The notes under the pieces are model-generated. The model worked only from the letters and a program-made list of their open reading frames with translations. It was not told the origin of the DNA and made no database searches. The position numbers and the translations under genes were made by a program. From Chiloscyllium plagiosum (taxonomy: Eukaryota), in contig NC_057718.1 in assembly GCF_004010195.1 (NCBI RefSeq), positions 53,751,615 to 53,815,614 on the forward strand: a stretch of 64,000 nt of DNA, in the 5' to 3' direction. Each line of letters starts with the position of its first letter. Within the stretch, counting starts at the first letter, position 1. This document shows positions 38,330 to 51,762 of this stretch, in pieces.

Positions 38330-40098
38330 TTTTTTAAATATATATTTTTGTTTTGAAAAACCCAAATAATAAAAAAAATCCCCAACCCACCCTCATGTCC
38401 ACATGTATAAACATATATAGAAAAAATACAGAATTTTTACAAAAACCAAACTGGCTTTTTAACTAAATAAATAAATAACCAACAACAAACTAATAAATAG
38501 TAATAACTCAGCCCAGCCAAACAAAATGCTCATATGTTCACAGTTCCTCCTCCCTGGATATTGGACCTGTGAAACACAATCGTTACGGCTATATGAAAGC
38601 CCTTGTTAATGTGACAGATAAATGTGTCTCCAGGTATTTCAAAAATGGTTGCCATGTCTTGTAAAAATTCTCAGTTTTGTGGTGTACCATATTTGTGAGA
38701 AACTCCAGGGGAATATGCTCCATAACAATCTTCTGCCACCCAACAGGTCCAGGGGGTTTTCAGATATCCAACCTAGCAAGATATTCTTTCTTGCACAGAA
38801 TGTGAGAATATTGAAAAGTTTTCCTATGCAGGAAATACAGTGGGTAGGCCCAAAAAGGAGAGAAATAGGGTCCTTCTCCACCCTTACACCCAAAATCCTC
38901 TCCATTGCACCTGCCATAGCAATCCAATATGTTTGAAGCCTATTGCAAGACAAAAAACAATGGGTAAGAGTGCCCATGCAGATCTTGCACTTGGGACATG
39001 CTGAAGATACCCCTGGTTTAAATTTTGACAACAGTCTGGACCCTCTGGAGAATCTTCAACTGTAAAGCATGGGTCCTACTGCAAATTGATATCTTCCTTG
39101 CATTCTCCCAAATATCCTCCCATGTCTCTGAGGAGACTTCAACACCCAACTCTCTTTCCCATATCTTGCAGAGTCGATCACACTCGTCTGAGGTGGCACC
39201 CCCCAATTGATGATATAAAGTACTGACAGATAGTGTACTCTTAGCCCTTAGCACCCTCCCTCTCTATGTCAGATTTGCAGGGATCAGTCAAAAGTGTGGT
39301 CTTCTTTTGAATAAAATCCATAACTTGAAAAAAATGAGAGGTCTCTATTAGATAACTTGTACTTCTATACTAACTGATTGAAGGACATCATTATGTCTCC
39401 CTCAAGTAAATCGCCCATGCAAGACACACCCCTAGCTGCCCAAGATTTAAATCCTGAATCCATCATCCTGGTTGAAAACCCGGCATTCCCACTAAAGGTG
39501 TAAAACAAAGATGTTATGCCAATATTGCCTCTGCCGAATTGCCCTCCATGCTTTAACAGTATTGATGACTATTGGGTTATGGCAATACTCCCTAACTGTC
39601 CTCATCTTGTCCAAAAACAGAAAACTGGTAAGGGGGCACCTTGATAGGGAGGCTTTGATATCTAGCCATATATAGCTAGCACAAGTAGGACGATCCTTCA
39701 ACCTGCCCAACCCAGGCCATCATGATACCTTGGGACTCCGGAAAGATCATGGAGTCCCAAGAAACCTCTAAAAATTAACTTATATCCAGAGATGCCTAAA
39801 AAGGTAGGAGGAGCAACTGAGGCCAGGTCTGCAGTTCAACCTGCAGCAGTCTCGGAGCCGATTACTTTTCAGGCCCTAGTGAACGAGCTTGTGAAATCTC
39901 GCGAGATGCTGGGGAAACAGATTGAAGAGAAGCTGGTTCCAATCTCTCACGTGCTGCAGAAGCATGAGCAGCAGCTGGGAGACCTGGAGAAAAGGATGGA
40001 TGAGCTGTAGCACAGGGTCACAGTGGTGGAAGCTGATGCCAGTTCATCCAAGGATAGGATCCAAGCCCTTCTCAGATCATCGCCATCTTGGATCCACC
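38330..40098 (-). mobile_element. L1-clade element, internally deleted and inverted, with 11-bp TSD
   Basis: ORF2 C-terminus CPKCKICMGTLTHCFLSC on minus; T-rich tail at 38330; coiled-coil ORF1-like segment on plus (39792-40070); TSD ggagcttaatt at 38319-38329 and 40099-40109. Confidence 0.85.
39792..40070 (+). pseudogene. L1 ORF1p-like N-terminal coiled-coil fragment
   Basis: MPKKVGG...KHEQQLGDLEKRMDEL*HRVTVVEADASSSKDRIQAL with an in-frame stop at 40008-40010. Confidence 0.7.
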
Positions 40099-41719
40099 GG
40101 AGCTTAATTCTGATGAGATGCTTTTTCAGTGAGTCAGTGTGATGTGGAAATGCATGGAGGAGGACTTTTCTGGAGCTTGCTCGCAAGAGGATCAATCTGC
40201 CTATAAAATTCAGAGAACCTACCTGCAGTCAGGGATCAGAGTTTTGGTCTTTCATAGAGTTTAATCTCCCTCAGCTCACTTACTTCCTACTCCAAGGAGC
40301 AGCACAAGATTCCACCTCTTCACCTCTTTTCATAACATGCTGCCAGACCGACTGAATATTTTCAGCATTTTCTAATTTTATCTCAGATTTCCAGGATTTT
40401 ACTTCTGATTCAGTGGGGCCCATTTTGAATTTGCCAGGTAGTGTAAAACAAGGCACATTGATTCATGTACCCATTGTACAAGACAGGATGTTGGGCATAG
40501 GAATAAAGAACTGCACCGTTCATTCAGTGATCCCAGCTAATATCCTGAGGCCGCAACCTACAATGCCACTCGCAATTGAGTGAATTCCAAAAATTAATCA
40601 ATTCAATTGATTTCTTCAGGGCTGGATTTTGCAAAGAAAATACAGAAATGGCAGTTTTGAAAGGCTTCATGTACAGTTTCTCTCGATGAGCTCGAGTGAG
40701 CTTTCTCATACAATTCTCCACCACTCACCTCATTGCATATGGACGCCACGTCACACAATACCACTCCAGCAATATCACACGCTCATGACTGACAGATGTA
40801 ATTCCGGCTGTCAGGCACTTCCAGGACTTTGTCGCAGGTACCATATTTGAATCCCAACTGTGTACCACATCAAGCCAGGAATAGCCATTCACAAGATGCT
40901 GATGCACAATTCCAAACGACGTGCCTGGGAAAGGCAATTCGACAACTTAATTCCCTTCACCCTCTCAAAACACCATCTCTTCCTCCTCCACCTCCGAGAA
41001 GATGGAGACTCCTCAGAGAAAGCATTGACAAGTCTGCCTCCAGCACTCTCCACCAGCCCAAATACTGACACGTCATTGGGTGCTATGTCTAATTTTGACA
41101 AAGCCTCAGTGGACCAGGAATGTTAACTCTGTCTTCATCTTTGCAGATTCTGCCAGATCTGTTGATTTTCTCCAGCACTTTTTGATTTTGTTGTTGTATC
41201 TAAATTAGAGATGGGAGCTCATTCTGGTGAGCATGTTGGTGCCATGTCTTTGTAGCTGGTCAAGAAGAACTGCCCCAGGTCATTGGCACTTAGAGAACAG
41301 GCACAGGCAAGAGAGTTCCCTGTGGCACTGGCCATTAATAACTTCATCCAAATGCACAGCCAGGTTCAAGATCAGCAAGCTGGCTTGTCCAAGGCTTTCA
41401 ATGAACTGGATCGATCTAAGAAGTATCCATGATATCATCTGTATGCTGCTGCCTCTGGCCATCTATATGTCCATGAACATGTTGTAAGTTGCCATGGAGA
41501 TCCAGGTTCAGAATACTTAGTGTCTGCTCGTTAGATGTACAGATCTGCACTCCACTGGTCTAGTGATTGCTGCTCAAAATTAATGGCAAGACAGAAGAGG
41601 GACAAAGGACCCTGACCTCATTCTAAATAATCCTCATAAGGTGACAGGATTGTGCCAGACAGTACCTGGCCAGAGAAGGGACCAGAGGCAGCCCACATGG
41701 AAGTCTCTTCTCAAGGAAA

Positions 41720-41942
41720 GGGAAAGTGAGGGCTGCAGATGCTGGAGATCAGAGCTGAAAATGTGTTGCTGGAAAAGCACAGCAGGTCAGGCAGCATCCA
41801 AGGAGCAGGAGAATCGACGTTTCAGGCATGAGCCCTTCTTCAGGAATTCCTGAAGAAGGGCTCATGCCTGAAACGTCGATTCTCCTGCTCCTTGGATGCT
41901 GCTTGAGCTGCTGCGCTTTTCCAGCAACACATTTTCAGCTCT
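41720..41942. mobile_element. Palindromic PLE family-A mini-element with two hammerhead motifs
   Basis: Palindrome 41751-41942 centred on 41846/41847; TSD ctcttctcaaggaaa at 41705-41719 and 41939-41953. Confidence 0.9.
41850..41877 (+). ncRNA. Minimal hammerhead ribozyme motif (mirror copy on minus, 41816-41843)
   Basis: CUGAAGA, A, GGGC-ucau-GCCU, GAAA, CGUC. Confidence 0.65.
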
Positions 41943-42586
41943 TCTCAAGGAAACCCGGGCCCTCCACTTTCAGCCTACCAGTAATCCCCAAACGTGTGGG
42001 AGTTTGAGCAGAACAGGGTGAATCTGCATCTAACCTGGACACCCTCAGCATTTCTGGGTTGCCAAGCCACAAATGCCTCGAATATCAATGTGACTGCCAT
42101 ATCTGAACAGTGTATGGCACAAGCAAGCTGTCCATTGGACCTAAGATTTACTGAAGGAGGAATTGAAGGGTCACTTCCTAAGGGAGTAGTAAAGGCTAAG
42201 ACATTGGTTATGTCCAAGGCTGCATGAGAAAGGTTTTTGATCTACAAGGGATTCAAGGCTCGAGTGGAGATGGGAAGAAGGAGGGTGCAGATAGCCGTTA
42301 GACCCACAGAGATATAACAGGACCCATGTTCTAGACAGATTATTCATGTTCATGTGCCCCAAGGTGAGCAGGTAAAACTGCTGCAATGTTCTCAAGCTGA
42401 GCAGCATCAACAGAAAAGAAACTTTACGAAATGAAAATAAAATGAGCTTCACTTTTAAAAACTGATGCTATATGAGTAACATCAGGCAAGTAAATCCAAC
42501 TGAATTGAAATCATTTCCAAAGATGTTCTCATTGCCAAAACGATTGATTCTACTCAACAAGAATGAGGCGGAGAAGACCCCTATAA

Positions 42587-42886
42587 GTCATAGAATCCCT
42601 ACAGTATGAAAGCAGACCATTTGACCATCGAGTCCACACCATCCCTCTGAAGATCAAGCCACCCAGGCCCAGCCTCTACCCGATAATCCTTCATTTCCCA
42701 TGATGAGCCCGCCTAACCTGCACATCTTTGGACTGTAGGAGAAAACTGGAGAGTCCAGAGGAAGCCCATGCAGACATGGGGAGAATGAACAAATTCCACA
42801 CAGACAGTCACTTGAGGATGGAATCAAACACGTGTCCTTGCCATTGTGAGGCAGCAGTGCTAACCACTGAGTCACCGTGCTACCCC
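42587..42886 (-). mobile_element. HE1-like SINE
   Basis: Full-length reverse complement of the family. Confidence 0.85.
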
Positions 42887-43069
42887 AAATCTCAGATATG
42901 TGTAACAATAATAGGGTTGTAATAGTAGGAGATTGCTTATAAGAAAGGAAACTGTTGGAATAGAAATACAAGATTGAACAATTGGTTAAAGTTAATCTGG
43001 TAGATGAGGAGGCTGCACGGCAGAATGATTTAAGAAATATATAAAAATGTTACTATGATTAAAGTTACA

Positions 43070-43620
43070 GAGGCTAGAGGTACCTCAGCTCTAACTCTTT
43101 GTGCTGGGATTTCATAGGCATATGGAGACAGATTTGAAGGTGATGATGCAAGGAGAGAGGATATGTGGGGAGGGTCTTGGCTGTGCTCCCTCGCACCATC
43201 CTCCCTCCAGGAGACGCTCGGTGTAGAATGTACACACAGTCATCTGCATGCTCCACAGCAGAGACAGTTCATTCAGGCAATTAAAGCCCCACTTACAGAT
43301 GACATTGGTACTTCCTGCTATCGCACTGACCCCTCCACCAAGCGTGGAGTCTGCCTGCACAGTCCAGCTCAAATAAACTGAGGTCACAGAGAAGAAAGAA
43401 CTCTGTCAAGTCTGGCAATAGTCCTGTGGAAGGGTTTCCCCTCCAGTTTGCCTGCCTTACCCATTACCCACTTGGGACACTTTATTTGATGACTTCGCTG
43501 CAGATAAAGGTTGCCTCCATATTGAGACACTCTCGCTGTCACTTATCTGCCTTGGCAGTGTCCACCTCCCCCGCTAACAGGGTGGCAAGCTCAATTAGGA
43601 AGCCCCTACAAAGATCATTG
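43070..43620 (-). mobile_element. Possible Harbinger Myb/SANT accessory-gene remnant
   Basis: VSAIAGSTNVICKWGFNCL weakly resembles the Myb/SANT V...R..QCRKKFNDL motif. Confidence 0.3.
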
Positions 43621-46604
43621 AGCTGGTGAGCATTGTGATGATATGGGTAGACTCAAAAACCACATACAGGCCCAAAGGCGGAGCGCTGACACCACCGTTT
43701 AGACTATGGCAGAGATGTGCAGTATATTTTGAAGAAAAGTTTACACAAATCATTCTTGAGTCTCATACTCATGATACTAACACAGTGCAAAAATAGAATA
43801 AACACAGTATAAAGGATTAAAGAGTATACACTGATGACTGACTGAGCAATCAGCGTGCAACACATTGGGGACAGAAGTTAGTAGGAATTGAAATAATGTT
43901 TGCCAGAAGAGTTCAATAACCCTGCTTCTGAAACCATTAAATAGCAATGAGGGACGAATAGAGCAGCTAATCATGGTCAAGAAGTGACCCCAGAGTCTTC
44001 CTACAAATGGTGTTTCAAGGATTTGTGTCTGTGGAAAAAGGCAGTTTTACAGTATAATAGAAGCACTAGACACAAGTTGGTCATTGAAGGAGTAGTGGTA
44101 AAACAGTGATCAAACAGTCTCAAAGAAAGTCAACACAATCTCAGGTTTAACAACTGGAGCACAGGTATAATTTGGAATGCAATATGTTGGCATCAGGGGT
44201 ACAAAAAAACCCAATGTAGCCGTGGGACTACATGCACCAAACCAGTAGATGAGTCAGTCCTGCAACTAAATTTGAGAAGATCAATTTATAGGTGTGGCCA
44301 TCAAACACTTGGTTTCATAAATTTGGTAAGGCTCTGTAAACTCTCAATTTCAGCAGGGCCACTATGGCTGTCACCTCCAGATGGATTCAATTGTAATTTT
44401 AGAAACTCCTTCTCCGATAGACTCCACATAATAGATCACTCCCATGATCAATCTGATCATTGACTGGTATTACCTGCCTCAGGAACAAATTAAATCATCT
44501 GTTTTAAAGTCAACTCAGCTGATATCCAGGGATTCCCTCCTTAATCTCTATAATCAGCAAAGTCTTAAACCACAGGAGAAGTCAATCAGCAGCATTAGTT
44601 CTTGTGATGCAGTCAGTAGTGTCCATATTTCTGAGCCAGCGAAGCGTGGGCTCGAATCCCATCTGCTCTAAAAATGTGTCATAAGATGTCTGAACAGGTT
44701 GATTTAAAATATCTGAGTGTGAGCACAAAAGCAAAAACAAATATTTTACATATTTAAATTGTGAACAAATTTCTCAGCAGATCAGGCAGTGTCCCTGGAT
44801 ACAGGGTCAGAGTTAATATTACAGGAGAGATCACAGACTAAAGGGTAGAGTCTTCTGCTTTCATTGATGGTTAGTTTGGGGGTGAATTGAGTGGGCTTAC
44901 AGTGTTTTGCTGCCTCCTGGCTTCTGCATTGCCATTTCTGTATAAGAAGAGCCATGGTTGACTTACCCATTACCACCAATCAAGGCCCTGAAGTGGCCAT
45001 TTGTTAACACTCACAGTCCCCATCTCACAGCCACTGGTGTAACCTCAGCTTCAGCTGGCCCAATGGAGTGCACTGTCCATATGGACAGCCTGTCACCTCC
45101 ATGGGTCAGTCTCCCTAAATCAAAGGCACTTAGTGCCTGACGAAGGGATTCAAAGTCGGGAAGGAAGTATAGCTGAGAACCAACTCTGTGCCTTTACAGC
45201 TGAACACCTAAGTCTCTCTCTGTCTGCAAACCCCACCCCACAAGCCTCCCACTGCTTCCAGCCCACATTACTTAATTGTGACCGAGGTCACTTTATAATC
45301 CTGGGTCTGGTTTGCCTAATCTTCTGGCAGCAGCCATGGTCTCCCCATTGGCACTGCTCAACAGAAGAGGTCTGATTGATTAGAGCTTTTGGTACACTTC
45401 AGCCCTGGGGTCTTGATTCCAAGAAAAGACCCACAGGCAGTCTTGTCATGCCTGATTGCCTTGGGGGTTCAGTGAGGCTTCCTAAAACAAAGCAGCACAC
45501 GTCTCCCTTTGGTTCTCCATCAGGCTGATAAGACCTCCAACACCTCAACTAGGTTCTGTCCAATAAAGGCCTCTCACTCTCAGCACAGATATTGGCAGTC
45601 CTGCTGAGTATTTCTTTTTTATTTTCAAGTGGGGATAGTTGCCTTGAGCCAAGAAACATATCTGAAACATAGAACTAAATGTTACGGAGGAGGTCATTTC
45701 GCCGATAATACCTGTGTCTGTTCTCTCTCAATGTTGGCCTTTCTAAACCTAATACCCTGCTTTCTCCACACTCTGCTAAAAATATCAATTCATTTTCTCC
45801 TTTCAAGATGCAATAATCTGTGACTGAACTGTTCTCATTGTAAAACAATTTATTTAAATCTTCCTTCTCACTTGCTTAGTCACATTTTTAAATTGATGAC
45901 TCCTCCACACTGAGTTTCCAACTAGGTGAATATTCTTTTTCTGAAGATTCATCTTACCCTCCCTGACCCAGTGGAATATTTGTAATTTTTCGTTACTACG
46001 ATAGCTTCCTATCTCTGATATCAATCTAATGAATGTATGATTCTCTGATGCTTATATGACAAATCTATAATGTGTCCAGCACTGCATGAATAGTTCCAAA
46101 AACCTGTAATTGCCACTCGCAAATTCATCATTAGCTCTGTTGGCTTGATGAATGATTTGTGGTGCAGAGTGACACTACAAGTCTGGGTTCAATTCCCATA
46201 GAACAGACTCACTTAACCCTACCAGGATGCTCACATCATGCCTGCCCTTCCATTTCCTTCCATTGCCTTATCGGAGAGAATATGATGGCACTTACATTAG
46301 CAAAGTGAAGAAGGTGTTGGGCTTTCCTCCTGATGGTTAAGACAGTTCTAACCTGAGTGGCAATGTCAGAGTGGGCTGGCATGACTTGGTGTCATGATTT
46401 CCATGCTGGTTCTGGGAAAAGAGGAAATCTTGTAGCTGCATCACCCCATCCAGCCTGAATACCAGGTTCCTGCCCACAAGATAGGGCACCAATATCCTCC
46501 TTTCTGCCATTTCTTGGGGAAAATGTGAGGACGGATGCAGGTTATGTGAGTATTTATCCCAATGTTTAATTTGATTTGAAAGATGGCACCAGTATCAGAT
46601 TTAT

Positions 46605-46732
46605 GATTAGATTAGATTCCCTACAGTGTGGAAACAGGCCCTTCGGTCCAATCAGTCCACACTGACCTGCCGAAGAGTAACCCACCCAGATCCATTTCCC
46701 TCTGATTAATACGCCTAACACTATGGGCAACT
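46605..46732 (-). mobile_element. HE1-like SINE 3' part
   Basis: attagattccctacagtgtggaaacaggcccttcgg...cctaacactatgggcaa. Confidence 0.8.
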
Positions 46733-47772
46733 TCTGGATTAGTGGTGCTGGAAGAGCACAGCAGTTCAGGCAGCATCCGAGGAGCTTCGAAATCAACGTT
46801 TCGAGCAAAAGTCCTTCATCAGGAATAAAGGCAGTGAGCCTGAAGCGTGGAGAGATAAGCTAGAGGAGGATGGGGGTGGGGAGAAAGTAGCATAGAGTAC
46901 AATGGGTGAGTGGGGGAGGGGATGAAGGTGANNNNNNNNNNNNNNNNNNNNNNNNNNNNNNNNNNNNNNNNNNNNNNNNNNNNNNNNNNNNNNNNNNNNN
47001 NNNNNNNNNNNNNNNNNNNNNNNNNNNNNNNNNNNNNNNNNNNNNNNNNNNNNNNNNNNNNNNNNNNNNNNNNNNNNNNNNNNNNNNNNNNNNNNNNNNN
47101 NNNNNNNNNNNNNNNNNNNNNNNNNNNNNNNNNNNNNNNNNNNNNNNNNNNNNNNNNNNNNNNNNNNNNNNNNNNNNNNNNNNNNNNNNNNNNNNNNNNN
47201 NNNNNNNNNNNNNNNNNNNNNNNNNNNNNNNNNNNNNNNNNNNNNNNNNNNNNNNNNNNNNNNNNNNNNNNNNNNNNNNNNNNNNNNNNNNNNNNNNNNN
47301 NNNNNNNNNNNNNNNNNNNNNNNNNNNNNNNNNNNNNNNNNNNNNNNNNNNNNNNNNNNNNNNNNNNNNNNNNNNNNNNNNNNNNNNNNNNNNNNNNNNN
47401 NNNNNNNNNNNNNNNNNNNNNNNNNNNNNNNNNNNNNNNNNNNNNNNNNNTTGGAGGGCATCTTTAACCACGTGGGAAGGGAAATTGCGGTCTCTAAAAA
47501 AGGAGGCCATCTGGTGTGTTCTGTGGTGGAACTGATCCTCCTGGGAGCAGATCCGGTGGAGGTGGAGGAATTGGGAATACGGGATGGCATTTTTGCAAGA
47601 GGTAGGGCGGGAAGAGGTCTAATCCAGGTACCTGTGGGAGTCGATGGGTTTGTAAAAAATGTCAGTGTCAAGTCGGTCGTCATTAATGGAGATGGAGAGG
47701 TCCAAGAAGGAGAGGGAGGTGTCAGAGATGGTCCAGGTAAATTTAAGGTCAGGGTGGAATGTGTTGGTGAAC
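46733..47772 (-). mobile_element. Penelope-like element spanning the gap (RT C-terminus plus family-A terminal repeat)
   Basis: Minus strand KNAIPYSQFLHLHRICSQEDQF...MASFFRDRNFPSHVV; hammerhead-like ctgatgaaggacttttgctcgaaacgtt at 46795-46822. Continuity across the gap is assumed. Confidence 0.85.
46932..47450. other. Assembly gap (519 N)
   Basis: Run of N. Confidence 1.
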
Positions 47773-49354
47773 ATTGCTCAGAACTTTTTTAAAACATGTA
47801 ATTTGTATAAAATTCTGCAGGGTGGTCAGTTTTGCTGCAATGTGTTGATGTATATGCGAGCTGGAAGTTGCAGTGTAAAGCATCTCTTAATTTTGTTGTT
47901 CTTTTTGTAACCCGGTGGTCAAGAATGGTCTAGAATTCTTGACCATTAAATAATATTAATGCAGTTAAAATAATTTGAACACATTTTACTCAGGTTTCTG
48001 TAACATTCTTAAACAAACTGCTCAGTGTACATCCACTACTTCATATCAACTAGTCAGGCTTTCAGTTGGACATCTTCTGATACTCTATTCAGGTGCTCTG
48101 CAATGGGTATTGCACTAACTCCATTACACATTTCCCGTATATCTTATGTTGCAAAATATCTTTTAAGCAAAATGATTAGGCATTGTTCTGTCCCAGTAAA
48201 TTTTAATTCACGATTTCTACTGTCAGTTACGATTTTGTGCGAAGCTGTGATAATTTAATAGTGGGCTATGAAACATCCCACGATTCACGAAGAAGATTGA
48301 CCTGACAGTTGACATGAACGTGATAGTCACAAAATGCTAATTCCCAAAAATAATTACAGAACGTACAAGTGTTTAGCAATTATTAGCTGTTAGTTATTTT
48401 TAAAGCATGACACCAGTAGCATGATGACTGGTGACTCAGAAGCTGACACAAATGAAGTAAAGTCAAAGAAACTGGTTAAAACAGTGACCTTCATCTTAAA
48501 GAAAACTCTAAAACTTTGGAAAATGTAAAATGAAGGATAAACACCTATGTTTATCTGTGTTGTAAGAAGAAATCCACCCCACTTCAAGAACAGAATTTCT
48601 TTTGTCTACTACTTCTGCTGATGCCAAAGCAAGCTATCCTCAATTTTTCCCTTAAGGAAGATGAGCTACTGTAGAGTTGAAATGGACTCTGGAACCTATT
48701 CAGAATAACTAGGTGAGGTCCCAGAACTTTATTTTATGGGCCAGATTTGGACCTTTCTATTCAGGCTCACTCAGCTACCCCCAACAAGTTTCACTCAACT
48801 GCTGTCTAGAAATCTCAGGCATTCCAAGCATAATGCTATATTTTGATGAAAACATTTTATGTGAGGAATACAGTGCAGAAATTCTAGGAATGTGTTCACA
48901 TACTGCAGAATTCATAATAATGTATTCCTTGAAATAATAATCTGCCTGCACATGGGTCTGCAACAAAGAATAGACGATTCCCATCAAAAGAATGAACAGA
49001 TAGTGCAGAGAGTACAGAAGCTAGCTAAATGACTTGAGGAGAGTGGGGTGGGGCAAATGGAATTACAACATGTTGTTGTAATCGGAAGGCTTCAGGCCCC
49101 CAAACATTTTGAATCCACATGGCCCTATTTGATCCAAACAAATTTCATCATTGCTTAGCTGCACAAATCAGTCAAAAAAGTGATAGGCTGAACCTCACAA
49201 CAGGAGTCATAGTTTGAAGTTATGATAATTTGATGTTTTATCTTGAAGGCAAAGGTGACAGTAACCCATGAGTATCGTTTGCTGCTGAATATCATTCATG
49301 ACATAGCAATGTTTTTGTCTTTTACAGCCATGTAGATGTGACATAACAATGTTA

Positions 49355-49484
49355 GTATGTCTGCTCCGATATGTATGTCTGCCCTAATATGTACATTTGC
49401 TCTAATATGTATGCCTGCTCTAATATGTACGTCTGCTCTAATATGTACGTCTGCTCTAATATGTATGTCTGCTCTAATATGTAT
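49355..49484. repeat. Minisatellite, 7 x 18 bp (gtatgtctgctctaatat)
   Basis: Direct reading; explains the repetitive ORFs 49296 and 49357. Confidence 0.95.
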
Positions 49485-51039
49485 ACCAATTACATTTACT
49501 GCAGCATTCGGTAAATGCTCAGCTTTGAAGTATCCTGTCTTCAATGCTTCAAGTAAAAGTAAGTTTGAAATTAGTTACTGTAATGTGAAGCATTCAAATA
49601 AAATTTCCTCTATAACTGTAGTAATAAATTTAAATAATTGAAGTAAAAATTGTGACAAACTAATTTAATATGAAATTGCTGATGGGTCTGTTGTAAGCAC
49701 CCCAAGAATAATTAAAAGCCTTATATAATTAATTGACTGTGTTACAGTGTAGCTATCTCACAGCTTTGTGCAGTCTTAAAACTCAGTTCTGAAAACTCTC
49801 TTGTGGGTCTGTCCTGAATTTTTTTTTGTGATTCTTCAGATCTTCCGGAGAACTAAACAAAAGGGTCGATAGAATTAACAACTGTCATGAATGAAATTGC
49901 ACTTCAGGACTAATAGTGAATAGGGCGACTGGTGTGAATTTTGTATGAGGAGATAATTCAAATTTTTAAAATATATTTCTATGCATTCTTCCTCTGAATG
50001 ACTTTCGTAAGTATGATAAATAGAGAGATAAAATGACAAAGGACCATTAATTCAGTGAATGAATAAAACAATGACAAATGTGACTGCAAATTTCTGTTGT
50101 ATTGAAGGCATGGGCAATGATGTGAAAGTTGGGAGACAATGGAAAAATCAGTTTCCTGATGTCAGGAAGATATGTCAGAATTTTAACCAAAGGTTTAAAT
50201 GGTGCTGTTGAGCAGTGACTACCTTACTTCCATTCAATGGTTTCTCATTCTTAGTTAACTTTATTTCTGTGCAGCTCCCAATTCTACCCACCTTCCCTGA
50301 GAACCACATTCTTGATATAAAGGTCAGAATTGTTACATGGCAGGAGCAGCTTGCTGTAGGTTTTTTAGACCTTCATCTAGCTCCACCTTCGCCATCAATT
50401 CCCCGCATACACATTGGCCACTGTCCTCTGCCACCCTTTATCCACATGAGTGAGCATCACCAAACCACCAGCCTCACCGCATCATCTTGGCTGCTTTTGG
50501 ACCAGCTTGTACACCACTTGTCTAAAAACTTATTCAAGACAAGGAGATGTTAGCACTGGCATTAATGGGAGAGTAATTACAGTGCAATGCTACCCACTCA
50601 GTTGTTTCCCTGTCTGCATCTCCGCATCCCCCCCATGAATAGTCACCCTCTTCTCCACGCAACTGGAGTCTTTTTTCACTCATACAGGGTGAGGAAACTA
50701 TTATTTATTATCTAATGGCAGTTTTGAGCCATTTATTTCCAAAGGGAGGGATTGAATATGATGGGATGGTTGGGAGATGCATTAGTAGAGCAGGAGAGGT
50801 AGTGAGGCATCCCCAATGAAGGAGTAGGAAATGCAGAAAATAGGATGTGTATGTAATCTGGAAGGATAAGGTGGGTGGGATCCCTTGAGTGGATATATCC
50901 CACACAATCGTGAAAGCTCTAGTCCATGACCCTTGGTGAGAGATGTGCACTGTCACAGATAGAATGAATAGGAATGGCCCAGTGAGTGAGGTAGAGTGAG
51001 AAAAAAAATGGTGGTGTTTATTCTTGCAGAGTGCAGAAG

Positions 51040-51762
51040 TATGGTGCATCAGTGCAGTAGGATCTCGTTGTCATTGTTCATGAGTCACAGAAAACTAGCA
51101 TGTAGGTACATCAGATAATAAAGAAAGTGAAAGGAATGTTGGTTTTTATACCTAAAGGAATAGAATATAAAGGTAAGAAAGTATTGTTGCAATTATTCAG
51201 GGCATTGGTAAGCCCACACTTGGAGTATTGTACACAGTTTTGGTCCCCTTATTTGAGGAAAGATACAGTGGCATTGGAAGCAGTTCAGAAGAGGTTCACT
51301 AGATTGATCCATGAGATGAGGGGTTTGTCGTATGAAGAGAGATTGAATAGTTTCGGCCTACACTCTGTGGAATTTAGAAGAATGAGGGGTGATGAATTTG
51401 AGGTATTCAAATTGAGAAAAGGTATGAATAAAACAGATGTGCTTCCTCTTGTAGAGCATTTTAGGGTGAGAGGTCATAATCTTAGGATAAGGTGTAGCAA
51501 ATTTAAAACAGAGTTGAGGAGCAACTACTTCTCCCAAAGCGTTATGAATCTGTGGAATTCACTACCCAAAAGTGGTGGATGCTGGGACAGTGAGTGAATT
51601 TAAGGAGAAGTTAAACAGATTTTTAGTTGATAATGGGTTGAAGGGTTATGGGGAGAAGGAAGAAAAGTAGAGGTGAGGAGCATATCAGCCAAGATTGAAT
51701 GTCAGAGCAGATTCGATGGGTTGAATGGCCTAACTCAGCTCCTATATCTGATGAACCTATGA
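51040..51762 (+). mobile_element. CR1 3' fragment
   Basis: ORF 51127: LVSPHLEYCTQFWSPYLRKD...RRMRGD...LWNSLP. Confidence 0.92.

Noticed and set aside
45137..45165. ctgacgaagggattcaaagtc as another hammerhead
   Set aside because: No stem II or GAAA in the correct position and no family tail.
46793..47683. Longest ORFs in the track (185-296 aa)
   Set aside because: They are artefacts of translating through the N gap.
49355..49484. Regular repeats as a possible CRISPR array
   Set aside because: Contiguous 18-mers without unique spacers, no cas genes, eukaryotic context.
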